The notes under the pieces are model-generated. The model saw nothing but the letters and a program-made list of their open reading frames with translations, made no database searches and had not been told where the DNA came from. A program made the position numbers and the translations under genes. From Schizochytrium sp. TIO01 (Eukaryota > Protista > Bigyra: Labyrinthulomycetes), in contig SMSO01000005.1 of NCBI GenBank assembly GCA_004764695.1, forward strand, positions 620,001-684,000: a DNA stretch of 64,000 bases, read 5' to 3'. Position 1 is the first letter of the stretch; each line of letters opens with the position of its first letter. Shown here one piece after another: positions 50,673-62,425 of the stretch.

Positions 50673-53366
50673 TTACATGTAGCCTTCATCTATACCCATA
50701 TGTTGTTGCTGTTGCTGATGGTAGTGCATTTGCTGCTGTTGGGGAGGCATTTGCGCTTGCTGTGGGTGCTCCATATGTTGTTGCTGCTGTTGCTGCTGCT
50801 GAGGGTCCCGCCGCTGGCGCTGTCGTGGCCGTTCCGTGTTCAGCTCTGTAAAGTACTCATTCAAGGAACCCGGTAGAACACCCCAACAGGAACATGTTGA
50901 AACATGATGACCACGTATCAGACAACGCGAGCAATGGTCACGTGAATTGGTACTTTCGCGAGCGCAAAATTGCTGGAAAGTATCCTCGTGACCAGCTTGT
51001 TTCGCTGACTCAATAATAATGTCCGGCACACAGAGAGACCTCATGCGATGCTTTTTGCGAGTTGTCGAGGATGACATAACATGAAACTGATCAATAGCAA
51101 GAGGAGGAAGAATGCTCGGATCTTCAATTGACTCGATAATAGATGCATTTGTTACGCTCGGATTGAGTGCCGCATCACAGGCCAACTTCAAATGAACAGC
51201 TGAAAGGGCACTATGAATAAAATTCCGCGATGAGCGGTGATCATGCACAGCAACAGCCACAACATGGGCGCACGGTAGGCCAGTCGCCTGAGGACGACCA
51301 CATGAACAAACAACACCATTGCGACCAACCACCTGTTTGACTAAGTTTGTATCCCCGTGGCCCGGTTCGGATCCAACCAACCAGGATGTGCCCACCGCAG
51401 ACTGCTCCACAAGAGGGAATGAGTTGATAACCTGAAGGCCCATAGTTGATGACTCGTCAACAACATTTAAGAGCTTGCAAAGCACCACACTAGGGAATGC
51501 CTCTGGTGCAGATAGGTTTTGAGGATCTTGACCACCACGAAAGTTCGCGTACTGGTCGGCCTTGGCTTTCCAGCCCTGAACGTATGCTTCATAAATGTCA
51601 GAGAGCAATTTTGGAACTGGCATACGAATCGCCTTATTAGAAATCTCGTGCCAATCCAACAGATCATAAACAGTAGGAGTAGGAAGTGCAGGCGTCGGAA
51701 CACCATCAGTTTCATATGCGCGGCTAATGCCAGGCATATGGCGACGTTGAAGCAGGCTACGTACACCAAAGGAAGAGCGTCCTTGCTCAGAGTTAATGTG
51801 TGCGGCGGCCCAAGCTTGCACTGGGTATTGTTTTGCTTGGCTATAAGTGTGTGCAGAATTGCTCTCCATGTTAGTCATGGCACTGTTGTGCTCAGACAAA
51901 GATGTTGCCATAGCAGCAGGGCACAGAAATGCCTTGATCTGTGCCTTCGTAGAAGCCTGTAGCGTGGATCCATCTTGAGTGTGATCCGGACCAACAAGTT
52001 TGTTGATAAGCGTCTCAAGACACAAAGCGTGATGTGCCGAGGAAAGAACCTGACTCACTGCATTGTTAAGACCAGGGCCCCAGTTGGACACAACGACAAG
52101 ATCCCCTGATGACATAAACCCTGTGAAGCAATGCAGCAAGTGATTGAGGAACCAGCGCCAATTTTGTTCGTTCTCGGTAATCACATGCGCATACGCAAGA
52201 AGAATGGCACCGCCATCACCTCCAATAGTCATTGCTGACATTAGAGCGCCACGGTACTTTCCACTACATGGTTCAGCATAGAGTGTGACGACATGCTGAC
52301 GCAAGAAACCAGCGGCTCGAATGGACATACCAGGAGCAACAAAACAGCGGTAGTACATGGTCTTTGGTGAACTACTGATTAGATCAGCGACTGAGCGTCG
52401 GTGACCAACCATGGCACCAGACCCATCACCCATATGTCCGTCATGCACATTAAGCATCTCTCGACTTGCAAGTGTGACGATTCGGTTTGCCATGCTGCTC
52501 TCATCAAAGCTATAGTTGCCAGAGAGAATCATATCACGGATAAGGTCAGGTTCAGGGCGAAGTCCTTGCAAGATCACAACGGTGTGATTGTCCTCGGAGT
52601 TTAATGCGTGAGCCCAGGCACGAATACCAGAAAAGTCATCGTGGTTGGTGACACCCATTTGCAAAAGGGCTTCTGAGAGTACACGGCGTGCGGTGGAAAG
52701 AGTCAGCTTGGGCGCTCCAATTTGATCCATGCGCGAAACCTCCTGCTTGATTTCCTCTGCTGTAGTGTTAAAGGGGTCATCCTGCTTGCGAAGCCAAGCT
52801 GCCACGTGCTTCACAATAACGTTGTTCAGGTATGCAGTTTTCATACGGGTGCCACGCTTAGCTTGAGCAGGGGGTATGGCTTGAGGGATCGAAGCAGGAA
52901 TGTCAGGCGTACAGGTATGCGTTAAGTCTGCCACAGTGACGAGCCAAGGTTGTTCCGAGTTGTCTTTCGAAACGTTGCGAGCCTTGATGCGGAATTGGCA
53001 TGCGCTTGTCTTTTTTCCGCAGCGTAGAAGTAGCTTCATTTTGTCAGACTTTCGGGCGTAAAATGTACGTGAGCCCTCGTCCTCACCTCCGTCAGGAGAG
53101 GCATTAATACGGCGGTGAAGAAGGTAAACCAGGGAGTATATATCATCTTTGCTCTTGTGTCGGGTGCCAGGTTGCAGATCGTTTTGCACATTTGCCGTAG
53201 TGTTTGCTCCAGGCTCTTCTGTCATTTGCATCACATCTGGAGTCTGTTGCTGGCGAGTTTGCTGTTGCTGATGGTCTGCCTGCTGTTGGTGCATGTGGCC
53301 TTGTCCATATAGCATCATTTGTGGAGGAGCTGGAGGCCCACTATTAGACATCATGTCAGGTCCCAT
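50673..53366 (-). CDS. MULE (Mutator) transposase-derived protein, catalytically degenerate; FAR1/MUSTANG-like architecture
   Basis: N-terminal WRKY-like Zn domain (C..CQFRIKAR..W..HTC), MULE core (GKYRGALMSA..LAYAHV..E...WRWFL), SWIM finger CSCG..GLPCAH, Zn knuckle CSRCLIRGHHVSTC, Q-rich termini; intact 897-aa ORF. Confidence 0.88.
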   Translation of the reverse strand: MGPDMMSNSGPPAPPQMMLYGQGHMHQQQADHQQQQTRQQQTPDVMQMTEEPGANTTANVQNDLQPGTRHKSKDDIYSLVYLLHRRINASPDGGEDEGSRTFYARKSDKMKLLLRCGKKTSACQFRIKARNVSKDNSEQPWLVTVADLTHTCTPDIPASIPQAIPPAQAKRGTRMKTAYLNNVIVKHVAAWLRKQDDPFNTTAEEIKQEVSRMDQIGAPKLTLSTARRVLSEALLQMGVTNHDDFSGIRAWAHALNSEDNHTVVILQGLRPEPDLIRDMILSGNYSFDESSMANRIVTLASREMLNVHDGHMGDGSGAMVGHRRSVADLISSSPKTMYYRCFVAPGMSIRAAGFLRQHVVTLYAEPCSGKYRGALMSAMTIGGDGGAILLAYAHVITENEQNWRWFLNHLLHCFTGFMSSGDLVVVSNWGPGLNNAVSQVLSSAHHALCLETLINKLVGPDHTQDGSTLQASTKAQIKAFLCPAAMATSLSEHNSAMTNMESNSAHTYSQAKQYPVQAWAAAHINSEQGRSSFGVRSLLQRRHMPGISRAYETDGVPTPALPTPTVYDLLDWHEISNKAIRMPVPKLLSDIYEAYVQGWKAKADQYANFRGGQDPQNLSAPEAFPSVVLCKLLNVVDESSTMGLQVINSFPLVEQSAVGTSWLVGSEPGHGDTNLVKQVVGRNGVVCSCGRPQATGLPCAHVVAVAVHDHRSSRNFIHSALSAVHLKLACDAALNPSVTNASIIESIEDPSILPPLAIDQFHVMSSSTTRKKHRMRSLCVPDIIIESAKQAGHEDTFQQFCARESTNSRDHCSRCLIRGHHVSTCSCWGVLPGSLNEYFTELNTERPRQRQRRDPQQQQQQQQHMEHPQQAQMPPQQQQMHYHQQQQQHMGIDEGYM

Positions 53367-56300
53367 TTTTTTTAGAACCTAGTCTTCAGAGCTTCTCCGT
53401 GAAGCAAAGTCTTTCTTAATATCCTTCTTTCTCTCAACCAGATTCTAACAAACAAGCCGTGTTATGTAATGTTATGTGAATCAGTGTATTTTGCAACGCA
53501 AAGAATGCTACTCAAGAAAAGGACAACCTGCTGCCAGCTGTGATACGTGCGGTGTCTGAGACCGATCCAATTGACACGAATAATCACAGATGTTGACAGG
53601 GTTAACGGGAAGCAAATTGACGAACCTTATTGCGATTTGAACCCTTAATTTCGAAGGTTTCAATCAAGCTCGAGTCGATAACCAATCGAAGAAAAACCTG
53701 GGCGAGTAAGCCAGCTCTTTCCTCTCCAGCGTGATCAAAGTAGCCTTAGTTGAGAGTCCAGGCAGCCAGACTCAAGAGTGCTGGGTCTCCAACTGGACAA
53801 GATTAAAGGAAACAAACAGGGAAGGAAAATCAGGCTACAGAATCCCTGTACGGCTCTGCGAGAGCTCGCACGGGGTTGCCCCTAACCTCGCAGGACCTAG
53901 GGACTCACAGCAGCAAGATCAACCTGCGTAGGCCCTTGCCTATGGCAGCAATTGCCTGCCTGAGCTATCTGCGTGCGGCAGTGCGCGCAGTTTACTTCTC
54001 CTTCTGCTTTCCGTCTTCTCTTCTTCTTCTTCTTCTTCTTCTCCTTTTCTTCTCTCCTTTCCTTTCATTTCTCCTTCTTGTCGAGGAATCGAATAAGAGG
54101 CTCATTAGGATAGTGCCTACGTAAAACACTAATGGTAATCATTAGGTTCTATATGTACCTATTAAAAATAAAACTAGAATAGAAAAGTGAAAGAAAGGCT
54201 ATGATCAGTAGTGAGTACTACGTTGATGGTATAGTAACTATTCTATAGAGCAGCGGGATAGGTCGTTATGATGGTTTGATTTGTCTATAGTATCAGTACT
54301 AATATTATTATTGATTTAAAGCCCTACAATAGTATCATAGTATTTTCATTTTATTTTTGAGACATTCAAGTTGCTAAAGTAGGAAATAAGTGAATTAGCA
54401 ATCGATCTATCCTATCAAGAAAATCACCAAATAACTTGAGCTCCAAATCGAAGAAAGTGACTCCAAAGCAAAGCAAAGGCGCACTACGACCGATGCCTAT
54501 GAGCCACGACTCGCTACCCTAGCTGCACAGAGTAGCTGTATGCAGTAAATTAGCATTCCTTCGCCATCCTCAGGTAGAATAGTCCTCCACTGAAGTGAAA
54601 TGTTAGCTAGCTATTACCTACCTGACTACTTATCTTCTACATTCCTAGGTTAAAGTTAAAACTAAACTGACTGTCATTTATTTGTACTTTTTAAATCAAA
54701 CATTTAAGAATAGACTACAAACGAACCCAGGCTTTCACTTGCCTACCTCGACTCCACCATACTTCTCAGTGAAGCCTCGCAGGATTAGAAGATCTCAAAG
54801 ATATCTGTTCATGCATCATTGATTGAAGGAATGAAGATGCATCTTGCTCCTTTTCTTACTGACATACCATGATTAGGTTACTAGGTAGTACCTACTTACC
54901 AATACATACCTGACAAAATGCAGAATAATACAAAACTCATTATTAGGTACTAATTAGGCTATATACCTAGGCTATGCAAAATTCATTTCATTTTTTTCTT
55001 TCTTTTTTAATTAACTTCTTTTTATTTTATTTTATCTTATTTTAATTTTAAAAAATGTTTTACGAGCTTTGAAAGGGAGGTTTGTGTGAACGTCTTTGCG
55101 TGGAGAAGAAGTCTCTGAGTGCGTTGCACCCCCCCGAGAGAGGGAGGAAATCGAGTGGAGAGAGAGAGGGAAGAACAGGCATAGGGCAGGATAGGTCTTG
55201 AGAGGGGAGGCAGGGTGGGAGGGAGCCAGAGGAACTCCCCAGAGGAGACGAGCAAAGCTCACTGGCTACTGTGGTCTCTCATTACTAGTTCTTCACACTG
55301 GATATAACTTATTTTTCCAAGGGTTTATCTGAGGGGAGAATATCATGGCACACTGGGGTGTTTTGTTAGTTAATATGCATAGGCATTTGAGAGGTAAATA
55401 CGTAAAAGTCTAATTTATATTTATTTTATGTATTTGTTACACTGGTAAGTAAATTCAAGAATTCAGTTGGAATGGGAAAAACACTCTCCGTAAATAATTG
55501 AAATTATATATATTACCTCCTAAAGTGCGCGAAGGATGCACACTCTGTCCCCACTAGGAAATGATTTAGCCTTTTTTCACATTTATTTTTATTAGTTTAT
55601 AGAAATGTTAGGTGTAGGTACCCAGGAACCGGTAGGCAAAAGAAGTGGTTACTGGTTCTATAGAAAAGGGGACATGTAGTGGCATAGCTTGCTTTTTAAG
55701 ATCTTTAGGGTGCGGAATCTGAATTTTGAATTGTTCCAAATTGGCGAACTCAGCATTGTGTCATCAATAATATCCATGGCTACTTTTCAGAAAGATGCTT
55801 GGCGACACTTTTACTTAGTAGTTTATGCATATGCCTCTGCCCTTTCAAAGCTATCTAAGACCCTAATCGCCATTTGTATGAGTAAATATGGAGATGCGAC
55901 AATGATAATCAATAATACATTGAGTTTTCAAGTCCTTAGAAAGTGTTGAGCTGGAATCTTTCCTATACAATTCAACTCAACTTTGGTCCGGAAGGTGCTT
56001 ATTCTTCCTTCCCAGATGAATCTCGTTTCTTTTAATAATCTATTAGTAGAAAGCTACATCTCTAATTATGTCGATCAGATTTTGAGGTGGGGGCGGGGGG
56101 AGTTTATTTGTGATTCTTTGATTTCCCAATGCCTTTCCAAACATAAAGGCAGCGTTGTGGATCAAGAAAAATCACTTTCGCCTACTATAGATGTCATTGA
56201 GTATTAAAGTTAGCAAAGCTTTTTCAAAAAGTGGTGGATCGTTAGCCAGAGCTTAACTTGCAAACTGAAGGCAGGTGTTTGAAGGTTTTGAGATGGTTTT

Positions 56301-59300
56301 AAAGGGCTTTTTAAATTTAGACCATGCAAAACAATTATCTCCTGACTTTAGAAATCCATGGAATTGATCATAAACTAAAATAGACATCGCGTGCAGTGCA
56401 CAGAACCGAAGAGCTTGTATTATTAAATCCCCCCAACCACCACCTCAGATTTCCTCTTTTTATATGTTCCATTGGGTCTGTATTTCACCCCAACATTGAT
56501 CTAGTTTGCTCTCATTCAACCCACTGGTAGACAGGACTTCAAATGGTATTTAAAGGTCCAGAACGATGTCTTGCTCCCATAATCTTCTTCTGAGTGGTAG
56601 TCTCAACACCGAAAGTACTTAAGTTCACGTCTATCGTGCATATAGTCAAAATTGGACAGTGGACAGTTGTGCGAAGTATTTTACTTTCCTTCATAAAAGC
56701 AAGCTTAGGCTGCTTACCAAGTACTTTTAAATCTAGATCTGAGGAACTATCTGAAAGAACTTCGAACCAGAGGCATTAACCTTTTGGTAAATTTGATTTC
56801 TTCATTTGAACCACTCTCTGCCTTTTTGTAGTCAGTTATAAGAAGTCCGGACTTTGAAGGTATATTTAATGAGAATGAAAGCAAGGCGTAAATAAACATA
56901 AAACCCATCTGCCATTTTTGACATTTTCAAAATAACTCCAACAATATCTTCAATAAGAGAAATGATATCAACTATTCAACTAGGCAACCATACAAACTGC
57001 GTATCTGATTGGAGACTCTTATTCGCGCCTTTAATAATGATGATATCCCTAGGTGGGCACAACTATACCATGAGCTTCCAAGAATTTCTATTTTCTATCT
57101 GCAGATAGTACAAAATGTGGACTAATAGCTCAGAATTTCATTTCTAGAATAGTGATCCAACAGATATAAGAATGCATTTCTGACAAGCAGCTACCTTCAC
57201 CTACTTAATTATGGATTCACCCCGAGTCCTTGCGTTGCGTGTATATTCAAGCCGCCTGTTCTTCTTTCGTAGGCACTGCGAGTTATTTCATTTATTCTAT
57301 GGCTTTTTCTGAGACGATTTCTTTATTTTAAAAAAGGAGGAGTCCCTGCACCTATGTAAATACGGGATATGGAAGCATAAGAAAGCCAAGCAGGAAAACC
57401 TAGAACTGATGTTTTGGTTGAGAAGGCAAAAACTGTATTCATATCTCGTTTAGAGCTGCTTTTGCTTCTCTTCAATTATAACAAATAAACTACTATATCT
57501 TCACGCAACACCCATACTACGCAATCAAAATGTAAAGCACTTTCGGTCTACTACTTAGGCAGGTAGATCTTATTACATTTCGGTTGATTTTCAAGGTTGA
57601 TTTTCAAGGTTGTATTGTATTCCTAAGCTGGGAACTTGTGTCCGGCGCAAGTCACGGAAATAATAGGCAAATTCAATGTCATGAGGAGAGTACGAACTTT
57701 CTATGATTTACACATCTTGCAGAAACTAATGTAAGCGAGGCGCACTTTTGACAGATCAGAGAAATCTTTCATGGTATTTAATAGACGCACTCTTCTGGTC
57801 AGAAATTATGAGTTTAGATGCTTCGTCCTCTTTTTTAACCTCAAGCCAAAACGAACACGCAATGTCGCTACGTACCTGCTACCCTATCGTTTCGTTGAAC
57901 CGAGCTAACTTGTTTCATAACTTGGACACAGAATTCTTCTTCAGGGTTCTTTTTTTTACTTTTGTGGCAGTGTTGCTATCAACTAATAGCTATTGGTAGT
58001 ATTGAACCATCGTAATGCCAACCTCACCACACAACGTTAGACCTTTCATCATATTGTGAAAGTTGGTGGCTGATTAACTATCGAATGCCAAATAGTGACT
58101 CGCTAACCTTCAACATATAACGCGCGTACAATAAATAACTCTGTTGTGATCGTAGAGTTAAGAGTTAAGCTTGTGCAAAATAAAAGATTCGGAATCTACA
58201 CCATCTTTGAGAAGAAACATCACAACATTCCACTTCTAGCTAGACAATACTGTTGATCGTATTACCTCAATGATACTACCAGATTTAGTATTTATAATTC
58301 TTTAGAAAAAACAAAACTCAAGTAGAGTAATGCACAGACTAACCTCTGGCCACCATGGAAGTAAGGACGCATTTGCTGCGATTTCGGTGGCCGCTACGCC
58401 AAGCAAAGGTAGAGAAAAACAAATGAATCAGGGCGATTTGAAAGCTTTCCAATTACTACTACAGCTGGCTTACTAGTATGCATTTCTACATGCAGGACCT
58501 AGTGTTCGAAGAAAGACCTATTTTTTAATTGGGCTCTAAAAGAAACTAACTTCAAGTTGCTCTAGCTTAAGAGATACATGCTCGTAGCGCACCTTGGTAG
58601 TAGGTACGTACCTACCTACCTACCTAGGCAGGCGCCCTACTAAATAGAGCTAGCGATTGCTTACTTTTGAATTTGAAAGTCAGACTTGGTTAAATATCTA
58701 AGTTGAAGTAATCCAAGTTGAAGTGAAAGTCAGAGCAAACAAAGCTCTGGCACTGATATGATTCCTTTATTTAAAAACTTTTCCTAATTTACTCTAGAGA
58801 TAAAAGATTATTCGGAGCCTCTACAGCTATAATGAGTAGTTGGATAGTTTAGTTGATTAGCTCTAGAGAAAACTAGCAGCACCTACTAGGTACCTATCAG
58901 GAAGCTATCATTGGCTAACCAAGTACTATACTCTCCCTAGTTGTATTATAGCAGTCATTACCCATTCTCGTGCGTGCGTGCACGGAAAGAAGGCGGCAGA
59001 CTTCTTCATCTTTGTCTTCTTCGTCTTCTTCGTCTTCACCTGCATAGTGTTCTCCTGCTGCGCTCATCGTCGGCGGCCCTCCTTTCCCTTACTCTGTTGT
59101 TGCCATTGTTGCGGCTACTCCTGCTGAGAGTGGATGCATACAGCAAAAAGGATAGTTAAGCAGTCAGCCAACTCAGCCCGATCTATTTGTGAGAGTCATT
59201 GGAGAAGAGAATCACCGCGTGGACCGCTTCGTTCGTTTGTACGTTTGTACGAACCTGTGCGACCCTTGGCTCAGTTACATCAGCTGAAGGAAGTTGCCAT

Positions 59301-59701
59301 CAGCGCTGCACACATACAATCTACACAACTCAGGATATCCTTTTAGAAGAATTTGCTCCTAGGGTTGTCTTCTGTTGCAAGCCCTGTTTTACTCTTTTTT
59401 AAGGATATATAACCACTACTGACGGCATCTTGTTTGCCTTGTTCAAAGAAAGCAGCTCTTTTCCCTGATCTTCAATAGGCTTACACGTTTTGCCCCCTTT
59501 CATTGAGTTTAGATATTGTGTAAGGATCAACTTTAGAAGGGTTAACTCACCAGTTGAAGATCCTGAAGATCCTTCAGGAAGACACATACTTTTGAAAACG
59601 TCTTTCAAGAACAACATAGAAGCATTGTTCTCAACACAACGCTTCTCATAATATTTTCATCAACACTGATTAGGACAGGAGCTTGGCTTCATTAACAAAC
59701 C

Positions 59702-61168
59702 ATGAGTGGAAATAATTCATCGTCAACTCCTGGTCAACACGGGGTAGCTATTCCTCCTCCTCCTGTTGCGGGATCTGGAAGTGGCAGTATGGAACGAACC
59801 CGGTCAAATTCGGCTGCCCTGTCGGGTCGCCTTCGAGCTGCATCAGAAATGCAGCGCCAAGGTGTGATCTCCAAGGAAGAGAAGGCCATTATGAAATCTC
59901 TCATTTTAAACAATATTAGCGATCCTCACTTTCGCGAGCAATTCGACCTAGCTCGCAAAAGCAACGACCCAGAAATGATTCGCAGGTTATTCAAGAACAA
60001 TAACTCTCAACCTTTGATGAACGATTCGATCATGATGGACCTGACTGACATGACGCTTGGAGATGTAGATGACTTTTCTTCCTTTTTGGATGATTTTAAT
60101 GACCCTCTGATCCCCCCAACCTCGGTTACACCTAATCCGACTACGCCTGCTTACTTTGGCAGCGCCACTGCTAGGCCTCCGACTATGGATCACCACCACC
60201 AACAGCACCAGCAGCATCAGCAGCAACAGCAACAACAGCATCACCTGCATCAACACCATCCTCAACAACAACAACAGCATAGGCATTCTGTAGGCTTTGT
60301 AACCGAGTTCGGGGCACAGATGGCAGCACCTACTAAAACAAACCAAGGAAGACCAGAATATACGCGAAAACGCCAGGCCTCAAGATCTGCTCCTGGGCAG
60401 GTCATGACGAAGGTCAATGCCAATTCGGCTGGTTCAGCAGCTGTGCCGCCGAATGGTGCTGGGCCAGGTATGGGCCGGGAACGCGTTGGAAGCAGACCCA
60501 TCGACCTCCATACTGCCTCCTCAGCTGCGGCGGCAGTTGGACTTACTCCAGGTCGAGGTCGACCAATGTCGCAGGCTTACCCCCGACCCAACACGCATCA
60601 GCGCGCATCTCATGTTGGAATCAAAGTTGAAGATAGCCGTGGAGTACACCCGATGCCCTCTGCAGTAGCACCAGCAATGCCGTATTCCAACACAAGCATC
60701 TCCAGTATGCACCAGCGCTCAAGTCCAGCTATGCCCATGTACCAACACGGTATGGTGTCAAGTCATATAGTTGGGAGACCCGGTATGGGGGATCCTGCAG
60801 CACGACTTAAGGTTGGCGCCTCGCCAAGTAGTAGTGCCATGGGAGATGATGATGATGATGATGACAGATCTGGTATTGCTAAAACACGCAAAAACGAGCG
60901 CGAGCGCAAACGTCGCCTTGCAGTAACTCAGGGATTTGATGAGTTGTATAAGCTCTTGAAACGTCTCGAAGAAGAACGCCAATCTTCAGGTATTCCTGTT
61001 GGTAAAGATCCTGAGCGCATGTCAATTCTTGGAACCTCAAAGCTCGATAAGGCTAGCATCTTACGAAACTCTATAGACAAAATCAAAACTCTTGAGGTAG
61101 AGATTAATGATTTGAGGAAGGACAATGATCGCTTAAATCAAATGATTCAAGCCCACCACAAACGATAA
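59702..61168 (+). CDS. bHLH-leucine zipper transcription factor
   Basis: KNERERKRRLAVTQGFDELYKLL...KLDKASILRNSIDKIKTLEVEINDLRKDNDRL; Q/H-rich centre. Confidence 0.92.
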   Translation: MSGNNSSSTPGQHGVAIPPPPVAGSGSGSMERTRSNSAALSGRLRAASEMQRQGVISKEEKAIMKSLILNNISDPHFREQFDLARKSNDPEMIRRLFKNNNSQPLMNDSIMMDLTDMTLGDVDDFSSFLDDFNDPLIPPTSVTPNPTTPAYFGSATARPPTMDHHHQQHQQHQQQQQQQHHLHQHHPQQQQQHRHSVGFVTEFGAQMAAPTKTNQGRPEYTRKRQASRSAPGQVMTKVNANSAGSAAVPPNGAGPGMGRERVGSRPIDLHTASSAAAAVGLTPGRGRPMSQAYPRPNTHQRASHVGIKVEDSRGVHPMPSAVAPAMPYSNTSISSMHQRSSPAMPMYQHGMVSSHIVGRPGMGDPAARLKVGASPSSSAMGDDDDDDDRSGIAKTRKNERERKRRLAVTQGFDELYKLLKRLEEERQSSGIPVGKDPERMSILGTSKLDKASILRNSIDKIKTLEVEINDLRKDNDRLNQMIQAHHKR

Positions 61169-62425
61169 GAACCTTAATTTCTTTTACTCAACTCAGTTCG
61201 TACTATTAGAACCATTCCTCGCATAACCTATATTACTCCTCATGCTACCCATGATGCAAGTCTATGTTTCTTTTAAGGAATATGAATAGCCAGTATGCTC
61301 TGGGTCGTTGGAATTGAACCTTACCAGTTCCATGCACTTACAGGAATTTGAACTCAAGTGCAGTCAGCTTATCTACTTGAACAGTCTTTTAAGTCTTCTC
61401 TGATATGATATTCTCAGCTGTTTTATTCCATTCACCATTTTGTACCAGTAGCAGGTTCACTTTTATTGACAAAAGGTATGTGGAAGGGTACGCGACATAT
61501 ATCCTGCACCGTATGAGCCAATTGAACCTGTATAGCTTTGCATCTCAGTGGACGCTCGAAAGGGTTATTTTTTTAACTCACGACTAATTTTCCTCCTCTA
61601 ATATCAGTAAGTGACGGCTTGGTACAAAGAGTTGTGTTCGTTTGAATCATGTTCTTCAGAAGTAGTGCAAGTTCCAAGGCACAACCTGACATTTGGGGGG
61701 AAATTGAAGATTATCCTTTCTCTTGGGTCAGCATTAGCAACATGCTTTAACCTGAGTATTTACCCAAGCTGGAAGACTGTTTAACTCACAAGGAAGAGTG
61801 GGGTCAGTCGTGGGATCCAAACATTTCACTCAATACCTCCGACCAGTGCAAGTGCAGAGTTCCCATCCAGGTGTGCTAAGTAATACCTCTCCAAAAAACC
61901 TTGACGCTACTTTCCCCAGCGCGATGTAATCAGTTGAAACCTTTCGGATTAGGTTTTATAAAAACTCAAGCTAAAACAATCATGCATTTGGGAACTCTGA
62001 AAAGTGCAGTCTACCTACTGGCGCCTAATGCCTACGCTAGTCAACATGGCTACATAAACCAGCACACTTGGCTTATGTAACGTGATACGAATCACCTCGG
62101 CACTTTACCTAGTAGGTACATAGGAGGCCTACTACATACGTCTGAAAAGGACAAGAGAAGAGGAGTACTAGGCCTACTACTATATAGATTAAAGCCCTTC
62201 CTTTTCTCTGTCTCTTATCTCTTCATTCCCTCTCTTTATTATCATGCCTTTACTTTACTACCATGATAGTAGGATATGATAGTGCATAACAATGCTAGGT
62301 AAATCAAATGATTCTGTTCTTAAAAAGAATTAGTACCCTAGCCTAGCAAAACCATGGTAGGGTAGGGACCTAAATATCAAACAAGGTTTGCAAGCGACCG
62401 TCCCTCCGATAAAGATCATCGATAC

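Noticed and set aside
50400-53700. Active Mutator transposon
   Set aside because: Catalytic Asp residues and CxxH are replaced; no TIR or TSD seen.
55689-56207. Two same-frame ORFs separated by one TGA after Cys (possible selenoprotein or pseudogene)
   Set aside because: No selenoprotein-family motif, no SECIS seen, and composition looks non-coding.
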